In this document: positions 9,348 through 19,458 of the stretch, one piece after another
Numbering within the stretch: the first letter of the stretch is position 1
How the letters are laid out: each line of letters begins with the position of its first letter
NCBI RefSeq assembly: GCF_049478495.1
Contig: NZ_CP168083.1
Location: 892,450 to 924,449, forward strand
Length of the DNA stretch: 32,000 nt
From: Mycoplasma sp. P36-A1
GTDB lineage: Bacteria; Bacillota_I; Bacilli_A; JAJDGJ01
Reading direction: 5' to 3'
Made by a program: the position numbers and the translations under genes
The notes under the pieces: model-generated
Databases searched by the model: none
The model's input: only the letters and a program-made list of their open reading frames with translations
Told to the model about the DNA's origin: nothing

Positions 9348-10622
9348 ATGGAAATAATAATAAAGCCACGTGGAACAGAAGATTTATTATTTGAAGACAC
9401 AAAAAAATGGCAAATAATTGAAAAAATTATAAAAGATGAAGCTTCAAAATACAATTTTTTAGAAATGCGTACGCCAATATTTGAAAGCACATCTTTATTT
9501 CAAAGAGGAGTTGGAGAAACAACAGATGTAGTTTCAAAAGAAATGTATACATTCTCTGATAAAAAAGGAAGAAGTTTAACATTAAGACCAGAAGGAACAA
9601 CTGGAGTAATAAGAGCATATATTGAAAACAAAATGTTTGGTTATGATAATCAACCAGTTAAAGCATACTATTGTGGGCCAATGTTTAGATATGAAAGACC
9701 GCAAAAAGGAAGACAAAGACAATTTCACCAATTTGGAGTTGAAACATTAGGAGAAAAAAGTCCTCAAATTGATGTGGAATGTATTACTTTAGGTTTAGAT
9801 GTCTTAAATAAATTTGGACTAAAAAACTTAAAGGTTTTAATAAACTCTTTAGGAGATACTGAAAGTAGACTTGCATATAGAACTGCACTTATTGAATATT
9901 TTTCACAATATAAGGAAGAGCTATGTAGTGATTGCAAGGATAGATTAGAAAAAAATCCTTTAAGAATATTAGACTGTAAAGTTTGTTCTAAAAAAGAATT
10001 TATGAAAAAGGTTCCAAAATTTTCAGATTACCTAAATGAAGCATCAACAAAATATTTTAATGATGTCCTTACAATATTAGATTCATTAAAAATTCAATAT
10101 GAAATAGATGAAAGATTAGTTAGAGGCCTTGATTACTATACTGATACAATATTTGAAGTAGTTTCTACAAACGAATCAAGTGGTGCACAAGCAACATTAT
10201 TTGGTGGTGGAAGATATGATGGATTAGTAGAAAGTTTAGGTGGACCTGCAACAAGTGGTGTAGGATTTGGTATGGGTCTTGAAAGAATACTTATTGCTAT
10301 TGATACAGAAAATCCAAATTTATTTAAACAAGAAGCACTAGATGTTTATGTAATGCCACTAATACCAGAAGCTATGAATTATAGTTTTAAAATATTAGAA
10401 ACACTAAGACAAAAAGGTGTAAAAGCAGACATGGCATATGAAATTAAATCAATGAAAGCTATGTTTAGATATGTAGAAAGAAACAATATTGATAATGTGA
10501 TTATAATAGGTGAAAATGAAATGAATAATCAATCTATAATCTATAAAGATATCAAGTCTAATCAACAAACTCAATTAGATGAAAATTGGTTAAGTACCAT
10601 ACTTGAAAGGATTAATAAATAA
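9348..10622 (+). CDS. hisS: Histidyl-tRNA synthetase
   Basis: PRGTEDLL, FRYERPQKGRQRQFHQFGVE, LVRGLDYYTDTIFE, GGGRYDGLVE class II motifs. Confidence 0.98.
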   Translation: MEIIIKPRGTEDLLFEDTKKWQIIEKIIKDEASKYNFLEMRTPIFESTSLFQRGVGETTDVVSKEMYTFSDKKGRSLTLRPEGTTGVIRAYIENKMFGYDNQPVKAYYCGPMFRYERPQKGRQRQFHQFGVETLGEKSPQIDVECITLGLDVLNKFGLKNLKVLINSLGDTESRLAYRTALIEYFSQYKEELCSDCKDRLEKNPLRILDCKVCSKKEFMKKVPKFSDYLNEASTKYFNDVLTILDSLKIQYEIDERLVRGLDYYTDTIFEVVSTNESSGAQATLFGGGRYDGLVESLGGPATSGVGFGMGLERILIAIDTENPNLFKQEALDVYVMPLIPEAMNYSFKILETLRQKGVKADMAYEIKSMKAMFRYVERNNIDNVIIIGENEMNNQSIIYKDIKSNQQTQLDENWLSTILERINK

Positions 10623-12364
10623 TGAAAAGAACGCATAATAACGGACAATTACGTCTAGAAGATTTAGAACAAGAAGTAACATTAATTGGTTGGGTAGCAA
10701 AAAAAAGAAACTTAGGATCATTAGTATTCATTGATTTAAGAGATCGCTATGGTATAACACAAATAATCTTTGATGAAAAATTAAGTGATGTTACAACAGC
10801 AATTAGAAATGAATATATAATAGAAGTAAAAGGAAATGTTTCAAAAAGAAGAGATGCTAACCCTAACTTAGCAACAGGAGAAATTGAAGTTATTGCTAAT
10901 AGTGTTAACATTATAAATACCGCAAAAACAACTCCAATTATAATAGCTGATGAAACTGATGCATTAGAAGACACTAGGATGAAATATCGTTACTTAGATT
11001 TAAGACGTCCAATAATGCAACAAAAATTTATTATGCGCGCAAAACTAAGCAAAGTAATTCGAAATTACTTAGATGATTTAGATTTTATAGATGTTGAAAC
11101 ACCAATATTGACAGCTTCAACTCCAGAAGGTGCAAGAGATTATGTAGTGCCAAGTAGAGTACACCATGATAGTTTTTATGCACTACCTCAATCACCACAA
11201 TTATTCAAACAATTACTAATGGTTGCAGGTTTTGAAAAATATTATCAAATTGCTAAATGCTTTAGAGATGAAGATTTAAGAGCGGATAGACAACCCGAAT
11301 TTACACAAGTAGATATTGAAACTTCATTTTTATCAATGGAAGAAATTCAAACAATGATAGAAGGTTTATTTTCAAAAATTATGAAAGAAGTACAAGGTGT
11401 TGATATAAAAATACCTTTTGATAGAATATCATATAATGATGCTATGAATAAATATGGAAGTGATAAACCTGATTTAAGATATGGTTTTGAATTACAAGAC
11501 TTAAATGAAACATTAGATGGAATTGATTTTGGAGTATTTAGTAATGCAATCAAATCAAATGGTAATGTTAAAGCATTAGTTATTAAAGACAATGCAGATA
11601 AATATTCAAGAAAAGATATTGATAAATTAGAAGCGTTAGCTAAAAAGAACCATGCAAAAGGTTTAGCTTGGTTAAAAGTAGAAATAGACAAATTTGCTGG
11701 ACCAATAGCTAAATTCTTTAATGATGAATACAAAGAAAAACTAATTAATAGATTAGATTTAGAAGAAAATGATTTAGTTTTATTTGTTGCAGATAAATGG
11801 GATGTTGTATGCAACTCTTTAGGAGCATTAAGAACGCATTTAGCAAATGAATTAAATTATATAGATACATCACTATATGCTTTTTGTTGGGTAATAGATT
11901 GGCCACTTTATGAGTATAGTGAAGAAGATAATCGTTACTATGCAGCACACCATCCATTTACAAGACCAGCAGTTGAAAATTATAATGATTTTGATACTAA
12001 TCAAGAAAATGCTAAAGCTCAAGCTTATGATATTGTCTTGAATGGTTATGAAATAGGTGGAGGTTCACTAAGAATATATGATCAAGAAATGCAAAAAAGA
12101 ATGTTTAAGGCACTTGGATTTACAGCAGAAGAAATTCAAAGCAAATTTGGATTCTTTGTAGATGCACTTCAATATGGTACACCACCACATGGTGGAATTG
12201 CATTAGGTTTAGATAGACTAGCAATGATACTTAGTGGTGGAGATTCAATTAGAGATGTAATTGCATTTCCAAAAAATGCTAGTGCAGTTGATCCAATGTC
12301 AGAAGCTCCAAATCAAATATCAGATTTACAAAAAGAAGAGCTAGGTATAGTAATAAAGAAATAG
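10622..12364 (+). CDS. aspS: Aspartyl-tRNA synthetase
   Basis: GWVAKKRNLGSLVFIDLRDRYG OB-fold; FRDEDLRADRQPEFTQVDIE; GIALGLDRLAMILSGGDSIRDVIAFPK. Confidence 0.98.
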   Translation: MKRTHNNGQLRLEDLEQEVTLIGWVAKKRNLGSLVFIDLRDRYGITQIIFDEKLSDVTTAIRNEYIIEVKGNVSKRRDANPNLATGEIEVIANSVNIINTAKTTPIIIADETDALEDTRMKYRYLDLRRPIMQQKFIMRAKLSKVIRNYLDDLDFIDVETPILTASTPEGARDYVVPSRVHHDSFYALPQSPQLFKQLLMVAGFEKYYQIAKCFRDEDLRADRQPEFTQVDIETSFLSMEEIQTMIEGLFSKIMKEVQGVDIKIPFDRISYNDAMNKYGSDKPDLRYGFELQDLNETLDGIDFGVFSNAIKSNGNVKALVIKDNADKYSRKDIDKLEALAKKNHAKGLAWLKVEIDKFAGPIAKFFNDEYKEKLINRLDLEENDLVLFVADKWDVVCNSLGALRTHLANELNYIDTSLYAFCWVIDWPLYEYSEEDNRYYAAHHPFTRPAVENYNDFDTNQENAKAQAYDIVLNGYEIGGGSLRIYDQEMQKRMFKALGFTAEEIQSKFGFFVDALQYGTPPHGGIALGLDRLAMILSGGDSIRDVIAFPKNASAVDPMSEAPNQISDLQKEELGIVIKK

Positions 12365-12372
12365 GTGAAAAG

Positions 12373-12606
12373 ATGATAGAAGATCATAAAATAAAAAGAA
12401 TTAACGAACTAGCAGCTAAAGCAAAAGAATGTGAGTTAAGTAGTGAAGAATTAAAAGAACGTGAACAACTTAGAAAAGAATATATTAATGCATATAAAAA
12501 AAGTGTTACAAATCAACTGTTGAATGTAAAAGTTGTAAATAAACACGGGAAAGATATTACCCCAGAAAAATTGAAAAAAGCTAAATCTGAAAGGAAAAAA
12601 TCATAA
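12373..12606 (+). CDS. DUF896 / YnzC-like small protein
   Basis: [44 protein letters not shown]...V matches the YnzC/DUF896 pattern. Confidence 0.85.
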   Translation: MIEDHKIKRINELAAKAKECELSSEELKEREQLRKEYINAYKKSVTNQLLNVKVVNKHGKDITPEKLKKAKSERKKS

Positions 12607-13040
12607 TGTTAAAAGCAATTATTGAAATGGAAGACAACAATATTATCGAAATAGAGTTATACGAAGAAGATGCACCTAATACGGTTGCAAACTTTGTAAA
12701 ACTTGCAGAAGAAGGATTTTATGATGGAGTTATATTCCATAGAGTAATAAAAGGTTTTGTATCTCAAGGAGGAGATCCAACAGGAACAGGAATGGGTGGA
12801 CCAGGATATACTATAAAATGTGAAACTGAAAACAATCCTAGAAAACACGTTGCAGGTGCAGTTTCAATGGCACATGCAGGGAAAGATACAGGTGGTTCTC
12901 AATTCTTCTTAGTACATGAAGCACAACCACATTTAGATGGAGTACACACTGTTTTTGGACAAGTAACATCAGATTTAAATTACATTAGAAATATGAAATC
13001 AAAAGACAAAATGAAAAAAGTAACAATTGAAAGGGACTAA
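12606..13040 (+). CDS. Peptidyl-prolyl cis-trans isomerase, cyclophilin type
   Basis: [46 protein letters not shown]; GGSQFFLV; HTVFGQV. Confidence 0.95.
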   Translation: MLKAIIEMEDNNIIEIELYEEDAPNTVANFVKLAEEGFYDGVIFHRVIKGFVSQGGDPTGTGMGGPGYTIKCETENNPRKHVAGAVSMAHAGKDTGGSQFFLVHEAQPHLDGVHTVFGQVTSDLNYIRNMKSKDKMKKVTIERD

Positions 13041-13044
13041 TATA

Positions 13045-15015
13045 ATGGACAATAAAATTATTAATACAATTAGAGCATTATCAATTGACATGACAAATAC
13101 AGCCAAATCTGGACATCCAGGAATGCCTTTAGGAGCTGCACCAACAGGTTATGAAATATATAAAGAAATGAAAGTTAACCCTAAAAAACCTGATTGGTTT
13201 AATAGAGATCGTTTTGTTTTAGCATCAGGACATGCATCAGCATTATTATATTCATTATTACACTTAAATGGTTTTGATATGAGTATTGAAGATATGAAAC
13301 AATTTCGTCAATGGAATTCTAGAACTCCAGGACATCCTGAATATGGTCATACTGCAGGAGTTGATGCAACATCAGGACCACTTGGACAAGGAATACCAAT
13401 GGCTCTAGGAATGGCTTTAGCAGAAAGATTGTTAGCAGAAAGATACAATAAAGAAGGTTATAAAATAATCGATCACTATACATTTGCAATAAGTAGTGAT
13501 GGTGATTTACAAGAAGGGGTTGCATTTGAAGCAAGTTCTTTAGCTGGTCATTGGGGTATGGGAAAACTAATAGTATTTTATGATTCAAATGACATAACAT
13601 TAGATGGTCCTTTAACTCAATCATGTTCTGATTGTGTTAGAAAAAGATATGAATCAATGAATTGGCAATATCTAATAGTAGAAAATGGTAATAATCCAGA
13701 AGAAATTAATAGAGCAATCCAAATGGCTAAATTAGATATAAATAGACCAACATTAGTAGAAGTTAAAACAGTAATAGGTTATGGTTCAGAAAAACAAGGT
13801 ACATCAAAAACACATGGTTCACCATTAGGAAAAGAAGATGGAGATAATGCAAAGAAATCATATGAAAATATTTCTTTAAAAGAATTTAATGTAGACCAAG
13901 ATATTTATGACACATATACAAGTAATAAAATTAAAGAAGGCGAAAAAGCTTATAAAGATTGGAAAAAATTAGTTAAAGAATATGCTAGTGAATATCCAGA
14001 ACTTGCAGCAGAATTAGAACTTGTACAAGAAGATAAAATTAAAATAGATTTTTCAGAGTTTAATTTTAAAAAAGCTAATGAAATGCAAGCTACAAGAAAC
14101 TCAAGTCATGATGTAATTAACTTTATTGCTGAAAAGAATCCAACATTTTTAGGTGGAAGTGCCGACTTATCAGGTTCAACGATGACAACAATTAAAGACT
14201 CAACACTTTTAAGTAGAAATAGTGTTAACTCAAGAAACATTAATTATGGAGTTAGAGAGTTTGGAATGGCAGCAATTAATAATGGTGTAACTTTACATGG
14301 AGGAGTTAAAATATTTGGTTCAACATTCTTTGTGTTCTCAGATTATTTAAAGCCTGCTATTAAAATGGCAGCATTAATGCAAATTCCAACAATATTTGTT
14401 TTTACGCATGATTCAATTGCTGTAGGTGAAGATGGACCAACACATGAACCTATTGAACAATTAGCAATGTTAAGATCAATGCCTAATGTAAATGTAATTA
14501 GACCAGCAGATGCAACAGAAACAGTAGCAGCTTGGAAAATTGCTATAGAAAGCAAAAAAACACCAACATGTATTGTTTTATCAAGACAAAATTTAAAAGT
14601 TGAAGAAAATACAAACTATGAAGAAGTTAGCAAAGGTGCATATATAGTAGAACATGAAAATAATAATATTGACTGCTTATTAATAGCAACAGGTTCAGAA
14701 GTAAATTTAGCAATTGCCTCTGCAAAAATCTTAAAACAAGAAGGAATAGACACTAGAGTAGTATCAATGCCTTCAAGAAATATTTTTGAAACACAATCAA
14801 AAAAATATCAAAATGATATTATACCAAGTAGAGTTAAATCAAGACTTGTATTAGAAACTGCTACATCATTTGGATGGCATAAATACGCATTAAAAGATAG
14901 TCAAATACTTGCAATTGATACATATGGAGCAAGTGCACCTGGTGCAACTGTAATGAATGAATATGGTTTCAACACAGAAAATGTTGTATCAATAGTAAAA
15001 CGTATTGTTAAATAA
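13045..15015 (+). CDS. tkt: Transketolase
   Basis: TANTAKSGHPGMPLGAAP-type start (MTNTAKSGHPGMPLGAAPTGYEIY), GPLGQGIPMALGMAL, SSDGDLQEG, THDSIAVGEDGPTHEP. Track start is TTG 13027; ATG 13045 is preferred. Confidence 0.97.
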   Translation: MDNKIINTIRALSIDMTNTAKSGHPGMPLGAAPTGYEIYKEMKVNPKKPDWFNRDRFVLASGHASALLYSLLHLNGFDMSIEDMKQFRQWNSRTPGHPEYGHTAGVDATSGPLGQGIPMALGMALAERLLAERYNKEGYKIIDHYTFAISSDGDLQEGVAFEASSLAGHWGMGKLIVFYDSNDITLDGPLTQSCSDCVRKRYESMNWQYLIVENGNNPEEINRAIQMAKLDINRPTLVEVKTVIGYGSEKQGTSKTHGSPLGKEDGDNAKKSYENISLKEFNVDQDIYDTYTSNKIKEGEKAYKDWKKLVKEYASEYPELAAELELVQEDKIKIDFSEFNFKKANEMQATRNSSHDVINFIAEKNPTFLGGSADLSGSTMTTIKDSTLLSRNSVNSRNINYGVREFGMAAINNGVTLHGGVKIFGSTFFVFSDYLKPAIKMAALMQIPTIFVFTHDSIAVGEDGPTHEPIEQLAMLRSMPNVNVIRPADATETVAAWKIAIESKKTPTCIVLSRQNLKVEENTNYEEVSKGAYIVEHENNNIDCLLIATGSEVNLAIASAKILKQEGIDTRVVSMPSRNIFETQSKKYQNDIIPSRVKSRLVLETATSFGWHKYALKDSQILAIDTYGASAPGATVMNEYGFNTENVVSIVKRIVK

Positions 15016-15033
15016 ATAAATCTTTGATATAAT
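15005..15033 (+). promoter_or_regulatory. Promoter for the yneF-like gene
   Basis: TTGTTA - 17 nt - TATAAT overlapping the 3' end of tkt. Confidence 0.55.
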
Positions 15034-15061
15034 ACAAAGGTTAGAGAATGGAGGAATACTA

Positions 15062-15277
15062 ATGGACTTAATGGACATATTAACAATAGTAATATCACTT
15101 ATTGTAGGTGGTGCTGCAGGATTCTTTTACGCACAAAAAAGATTTAAAAAAGAATTGGCTGAAAACCCACCAATTAATGAAAAAATGATTAGAGCAATGT
15201 ACATGCAAATGGGAAGAAAACCATCAGAAGCTCAAATTAGACAAACAATTAACTCAATGAATCAATATAAGAAATAA
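15062..15277 (+). CDS. yneF: UPF0154 / YneF family membrane protein
   Basis: 71 aa with an N-terminal TM segment then AQKRFKKELAENPPINEKMIRAMYMQMGRKPSEAQIRQTINSM. Confidence 0.9.
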   Translation: MDLMDILTIVISLIVGGAAGFFYAQKRFKKELAENPPINEKMIRAMYMQMGRKPSEAQIRQTINSMNQYKK

Positions 15278-15281
15278 AGCC

Positions 15282-15306
15282 AAAGCCCTATTTATAATAG
15301 GGCTTT
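15282..15306. terminator. Perfect hairpin after yneF, possible terminator
   Basis: AAAGCCCTATT-TAT-AATAGGGCTTT; only a weak T-tract follows. Confidence 0.6.
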
Positions 15307-15365
15307 ATATCTATATTAAGGTAGTTTAATTATTTTATTACTACATAAATCAAGGAGGTAATATA

Positions 15366-16334
15366 ATGTACGTTACAAATTTTAACTATAAAATTAAATA
15401 TAATAAAGATAAATTAATCCTTTTTCTAAAAGAAGCTAACCTATCTTTTGATGATAATATTGATTACTGTCTTGTAATTAAAGAAAACAATCAAATAGTT
15501 GCCTGTGCTTGCAAAAAAGAAAATGTCTTTAAAATGATTGCAGTATCAGAAAAACTACAATCGCAAGATGTAGTATCAACCCTAATTAGTGGACTAATAG
15601 AAAAATGTTATGAAGAAAATATATATCATTTTTTCATATTCACTAAAATGATATATAAAATGCATTTTGAAAACATAGGATTTAAACTTTTAACATCATA
15701 TGAAGAAATTGGATTATTTGAAATGGGTAACATAAACTTTAATAACTATTATGAAAAGTTAAATATTTCAAGTAAAGATAATAATGGTGCTATTGTAATG
15801 AATTGTAATCCATTTACACTTGGACATAAATACTTAATAGAACAAGCTTCAAAACAAGTAGATAATTTAATAGTCTTCATAGTTGAAGAAGATAAATCTT
15901 ACTTTAAATTTAAAGATAGAATAGAACTTGTAAAAAAAGGTATTTCTAACTTAAAAAATGTAGATGTACTTGCTAGTGGACCATATATTATTTCATCAGC
16001 AACATTTCCAACTTATTTTTTAAAGTCATTTGATTCAAAAGCAGAATATTATACTAATATAGACATTCAATTGTTTGAAAAAATAATGAATAAGCTTAAT
16101 ATTAAATATCGCTTTGTTGGAACTGAACCAACTGATAACTTAACAGCTTATTACAATGAAACAATGAAAAAAATATTAAAAGAAAAACTTATAATAATAC
16201 CAAGAATAGAAGAGAATGGTCAAGTAATATCAGCAAGCAGTGTTAGAAATTTATTAAAAGAAAAGAAATTTAATGAGATAAAGAAAATTGTACCAATTAC
16301 AACATATGATTTTCTTGTTTCAAATTATCTCTAG
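15366..16334 (+). CDS. citC: [Citrate (pro-3S)-lyase] ligase-like protein (GNAT + cytidylyltransferase-like)
   Basis: N-terminal GNAT-like region (VIKENNQIVACACKKENVFKMIAVSEKLQSQDVVSTLISGLIEK); C-terminal MNCNPFTLGHKYLIEQAS and SASSVRNLLKEKKFNEIKKIVP. Confidence 0.87.
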   Translation: MYVTNFNYKIKYNKDKLILFLKEANLSFDDNIDYCLVIKENNQIVACACKKENVFKMIAVSEKLQSQDVVSTLISGLIEKCYEENIYHFFIFTKMIYKMHFENIGFKLLTSYEEIGLFEMGNINFNNYYEKLNISSKDNNGAIVMNCNPFTLGHKYLIEQASKQVDNLIVFIVEEDKSYFKFKDRIELVKKGISNLKNVDVLASGPYIISSATFPTYFLKSFDSKAEYYTNIDIQLFEKIMNKLNIKYRFVGTEPTDNLTAYYNETMKKILKEKLIIIPRIEENGQVISASSVRNLLKEKKFNEIKKIVPITTYDFLVSNYL

Positions 16335-16346
16335 GAGTTGAATAAT

Positions 16347-16934
16347 ATGAAAGAAATAATAGTAGCAAGTAATAATCAGAAGAAAATTAAAGAAATAAAA
16401 GAAATATTATTGAAATATGATATAAAAGTACTATCATTGAAAGATGTAAATATTGATATAGACATTGAAGAAAATGGATCAACATTTATAGAAAATGCAA
16501 TGATCAAAGCTCAAGCAATCTATGATATAACATTAATGCCAGTCATTGCTGATGATTCAGGATTACAAGTAGAAGCACTAAATAATGAACCAGGAATATA
16601 CTCAGCACGTTATGCTGGAGAACAAAAAAATGATGAAGACAACATGAATAAGTTATTAGACAATTTAAAAAATGTCACTAATAGAAAAGCTAGATTTGTA
16701 GCAGCTATAGCATTTGTAATAAACGATAAACTTAAATATACAGTAGAAGGATATCTAGATGGAGAAATTATTGATAACAAAATAGGTGATTATGGTTTTG
16801 GTTATGATCCAATATTTTATATTCCTTCATTAAAGAAAACCTCAGCTCAATTATTACCAGAAGAAAAAAATAAAATATCTCATCGTGCTAAAGCTTTAGA
16901 AAAAATTGAATTAATTATAAAGGAGAATATCTAA
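16347..16934 (+). CDS. rdgB: XTP/dITP diphosphatase (RdgB/HAM1 family)
   Basis: IIVASNNQKKIKEIKEIL, ADDSGLQVEALNNEPGIYSARYAGE, GDYGFGYDPIFYIP. ATG 16347 fits the AGGAG better than TTG 16338. Confidence 0.95.
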   Translation: MKEIIVASNNQKKIKEIKEILLKYDIKVLSLKDVNIDIDIEENGSTFIENAMIKAQAIYDITLMPVIADDSGLQVEALNNEPGIYSARYAGEQKNDEDNMNKLLDNLKNVTNRKARFVAAIAFVINDKLKYTVEGYLDGEIIDNKIGDYGFGYDPIFYIPSLKKTSAQLLPEEKNKISHRAKALEKIELIIKENI

Positions 16935-17446
16935 TGCCAATCAACGTAGTATTATATGAACCAGAAATTCCACAAAATACAGGTAACATTATAAGAACAT
17001 GTGTATCAACAAATACTAAATTACATTTAATAGAACCTTTAGGATTTGATTTATATAAAAAAGATGTTAGAAGAAGTACAGCAAACCATTTAGAAGGACT
17101 TGATTTTCAATTATACAAAAATTTTGAAGAGTTTAAAAGTAAGAACCAAGGAACATATTATTATTTAACAAGATATGGTAAAAAACCACATTCTTCATTT
17201 AATATGAGTGATACTAAAGAAAATATTTATCTTATATTTGGAAAAGAAAGCAGTGGTATTCCATATGATATTCTAAAAGAAAACATGGAAAACAATCTTA
17301 GAATACCAATGAGCTCTGCAGCAAGAAGTTTAAATCTTTCAAACTGTGTTGCGATACTAGTATATGAAGCTTTAAGACAACAAAATTATGAAGGATTAAG
17401 TTTTGTAGAAGTTCAAAAAGGTGAAAATTTCTTAGAAGAGCAATAA
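16934..17446 (+). CDS. trmL: tRNA (cytidine/uridine-2'-O-)-methyltransferase, SPOUT family
   Basis: NVVLYEPEIPQNTGNIIRTC, LIFGKESSGIP, IPMSSAARSLNLSNCVAILVYEALRQ. Confidence 0.94.
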   Translation: MPINVVLYEPEIPQNTGNIIRTCVSTNTKLHLIEPLGFDLYKKDVRRSTANHLEGLDFQLYKNFEEFKSKNQGTYYYLTRYGKKPHSSFNMSDTKENIYLIFGKESSGIPYDILKENMENNLRIPMSSAARSLNLSNCVAILVYEALRQQNYEGLSFVEVQKGENFLEEQ

Positions 17447-17542
17447 AAGTAAGAACCTGAATAATATTTAAATTCATATGAAATGCATTTTAAATATATA
17501 TCAATTATAATTATCATAAGAAGATCTAAAGGGGGTTTTAAA

Positions 17543-18031
17543 ATGAGATATAATGTAAAATTTGAATTATTATTAATTGATTATCTAGTATCATCACTAG
17601 ATGGAGTAATTTTATTTGATAAAGATAAAGAAAACTTTGATGATGATTTTTCAGAATTATATAAAGCACAAAACTTTAATTTAACTTATGATGATATAAT
17701 TAGTAGAATTAACAGATTAGAACAATTTGATATAATCCAACAAACATATTTTGATAATGCTAAAAGAAAGTGGAAAATAGAACTAAACATTGACTTTTCA
17801 CTTATCCAATTACTAGCAATTGATATAGTGAAAGAAGTTGTATTTGATACAATTGAAAAACTAGGAACTTATGCCTTAAGTGATTTAGAATCAATTATTC
17901 TACATTCATTTAACTACATAGTTTCAGAAACAGTAGCCGATAGTTATGATGAATGTATTGCAACTAAGAATAAGCCATACTTAAATTCAGACAATAACAA
18001 ATATAAACCAGTTACCGTAGAAGTTAAATAA
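17543..18031 (+). CDS. Uncharacterised protein (about 162 aa)
   Basis: Intact ORF; the internal ATG at 17543 has a strong AAAGGGGG RBS. No family recognised. Confidence 0.7.
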   Translation: MRYNVKFELLLIDYLVSSLDGVILFDKDKENFDDDFSELYKAQNFNLTYDDIISRINRLEQFDIIQQTYFDNAKRKWKIELNIDFSLIQLLAIDIVKEVVFDTIEKLGTYALSDLESIILHSFNYIVSETVADSYDECIATKNKPYLNSDNNKYKPVTVEVK

Positions 18032-18063
18032 TTATAAAGTATATAACTTTAAATGAAAGAATA

Positions 18064-18114
18064 CCTCTAAAGTAGAAAGTCTAAATAAGACATAAGCTAC
18101 TTAGAGGTTTTTTA
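18064..18114 (+). terminator. Intrinsic terminator with an internal mini-hairpin
   Basis: ACCTCTAAAGTAG ... CTACTTAGAGGT followed by TTTTTT. Confidence 0.75.
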
Positions 18115-18301
18115 GTATAACGAATAAATAAATATTCATTGCTATGTAATTAAACATCTTGTATAATTATATTCTAGTCTATATACATAATAAATATATA
18201 TAAAAGTATTATTTCATGTTTTAGCTAATGAAATTATAATATTAAATGCATTTATTTAAAAATGTGTTAAAATTATATTAATTAACTAAAGGAGGGATAA
18301 T

Positions 18302-18646
18302 ATGTATCTATCAGTAAAAGAGAATATTGAATTAACAGAATTAGATATAAAATTAATAGATAATTTATATAGTTTAAGTGCAGAGAGTTTTATTGATTTA
18401 ATTCAAAGCAATGTAGATGACTTTTCAAATATACAAGAACTTATATCAGGAATTGTAACTTCTTTCATACAATTTGAAAAATATATTATCTCCTTAAAAA
18501 AACAAAAAGCTTATACATTTAAAGAAAATGAAATAGTTAATTTAATTGACTATGTAAGCACGACAAGTTTTTTAGTAGATAAAATTGTAGAAACAAAAAA
18601 CAAGGAATTCAAAGATATAGGAGCTAGCGAGAGGTTGGTTAGTTAA
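18302..18646 (+). CDS. Uncharacterised 114 aa protein
   Basis: Intact ORF with AAAGGGAG-type RBS, 3 nt upstream of the membrane protein gene. No family recognised. Confidence 0.65.
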   Translation: MYLSVKENIELTELDIKLIDNLYSLSAESFIDLIQSNVDDFSNIQELISGIVTSFIQFEKYIISLKKQKAYTFKENEIVNLIDYVSTTSFLVDKIVETKNKEFKDIGASERLVS

Positions 18647-18649
18647 TCA

Positions 18650-19342
18650 ATGAATTTTAAATGGGAATCAAATATTTTATTAAGAATGTTCTATTCGTTA
18701 ATAGGTAGTGTATTGTTAGCATTAGGAGCAAGTGTATTACTAGTTGGAAATGCGGGACTAGATCCATTTACATCTTTAAATATGAGTTTAGGTGTAAATG
18801 TATTAAATATGAATATTGGTGACTTTCAATTGTTGTTGAATAGTTTAATATTAGTCTTAATGTATGTTTATAGAAAAGATTTAATAGGTTATGGCACATT
18901 AATCAGTTTAGTAATAGTAGGTTACTTAATAAGTTTTTTTAGCACAACTTACTTTCAATACTTTAATTTTGAGCCAAGTTTATTTTTATCTTTTCTATAT
19001 TTAGTAGTTGGTATTATTTTATATACTTTAGGTATTTCTTTGTATATGGCACCATTGCTAGGCAATTCACCATATGATGCAATTACACCAATAATAGTAG
19101 ATAAATTTAAAATACCATATAAATATTCTAGGATTATTCAAGATTCAGTATTTGTAATTTTATCAATAGTTTTTGGTGGTTTTAATTTAGGCTATGTTGG
19201 AGTTGCAACAATAATTAATGCTTTTTTTGTTGGACCTTTAATAGTCTTTTGGAATGAAAAAATATCATATCCATTAGTTTGGAAAAATAGTGTGAACATT
19301 ACAAATTTAAAACTCAAAAAAATAACTTTGAAAAAATTCTAA
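18650..19342 (+). CDS. YitT/YczE-type integral membrane protein
   Basis: About 5-6 hydrophobic segments; GLDPFTSLNMSLGVNVLNMNIGDFQLLLNS and LGNSPYDAITPIIVDKFKIPYKYSRIIQD resemble the YczE family. Confidence 0.75.
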   Translation: MNFKWESNILLRMFYSLIGSVLLALGASVLLVGNAGLDPFTSLNMSLGVNVLNMNIGDFQLLLNSLILVLMYVYRKDLIGYGTLISLVIVGYLISFFSTTYFQYFNFEPSLFLSFLYLVVGIILYTLGISLYMAPLLGNSPYDAITPIIVDKFKIPYKYSRIIQDSVFVILSIVFGGFNLGYVGVATIINAFFVGPLIVFWNEKISYPLVWKNSVNITNLKLKKITLKKF

Positions 19343-19352
19343 ATTAATCATT

Positions 19353-19378
19353 AAACGATTTTAAATCGTTTTTTTTAT
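19353..19378 (+). terminator. Intrinsic terminator
   Basis: AAACGATT-TTA-AATCGTTT followed by a T-run. Confidence 0.8.
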
Positions 19379-19458
19379 TTGCTAACGCATAAATGTTAGT
19401 ACATAATTATACACTTATTTAAATCAGTTTTATGTTACATTATAAAAGGTGATAAATA

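Noticed and set aside
9275-9618. Two minus-strand ORFs (9275..9490, 9427..9618) over the hisS leader and 5' end
   Set aside because: They overlap a supported promoter and gene; composition is repetitive Leu/Phe and no family is recognisable.
10747-11957. Three minus-strand ORFs (10747..10974, 11347..11814, 11745..11957) in aspS
   Set aside because: Antisense to the conserved aspS sequence; no RBS or domain.
12657-14555. Minus-strand ORFs 12657..12848, 13319..13624 and 14343..14555
   Set aside because: Antisense to the cyclophilin and tkt genes, both unambiguous.
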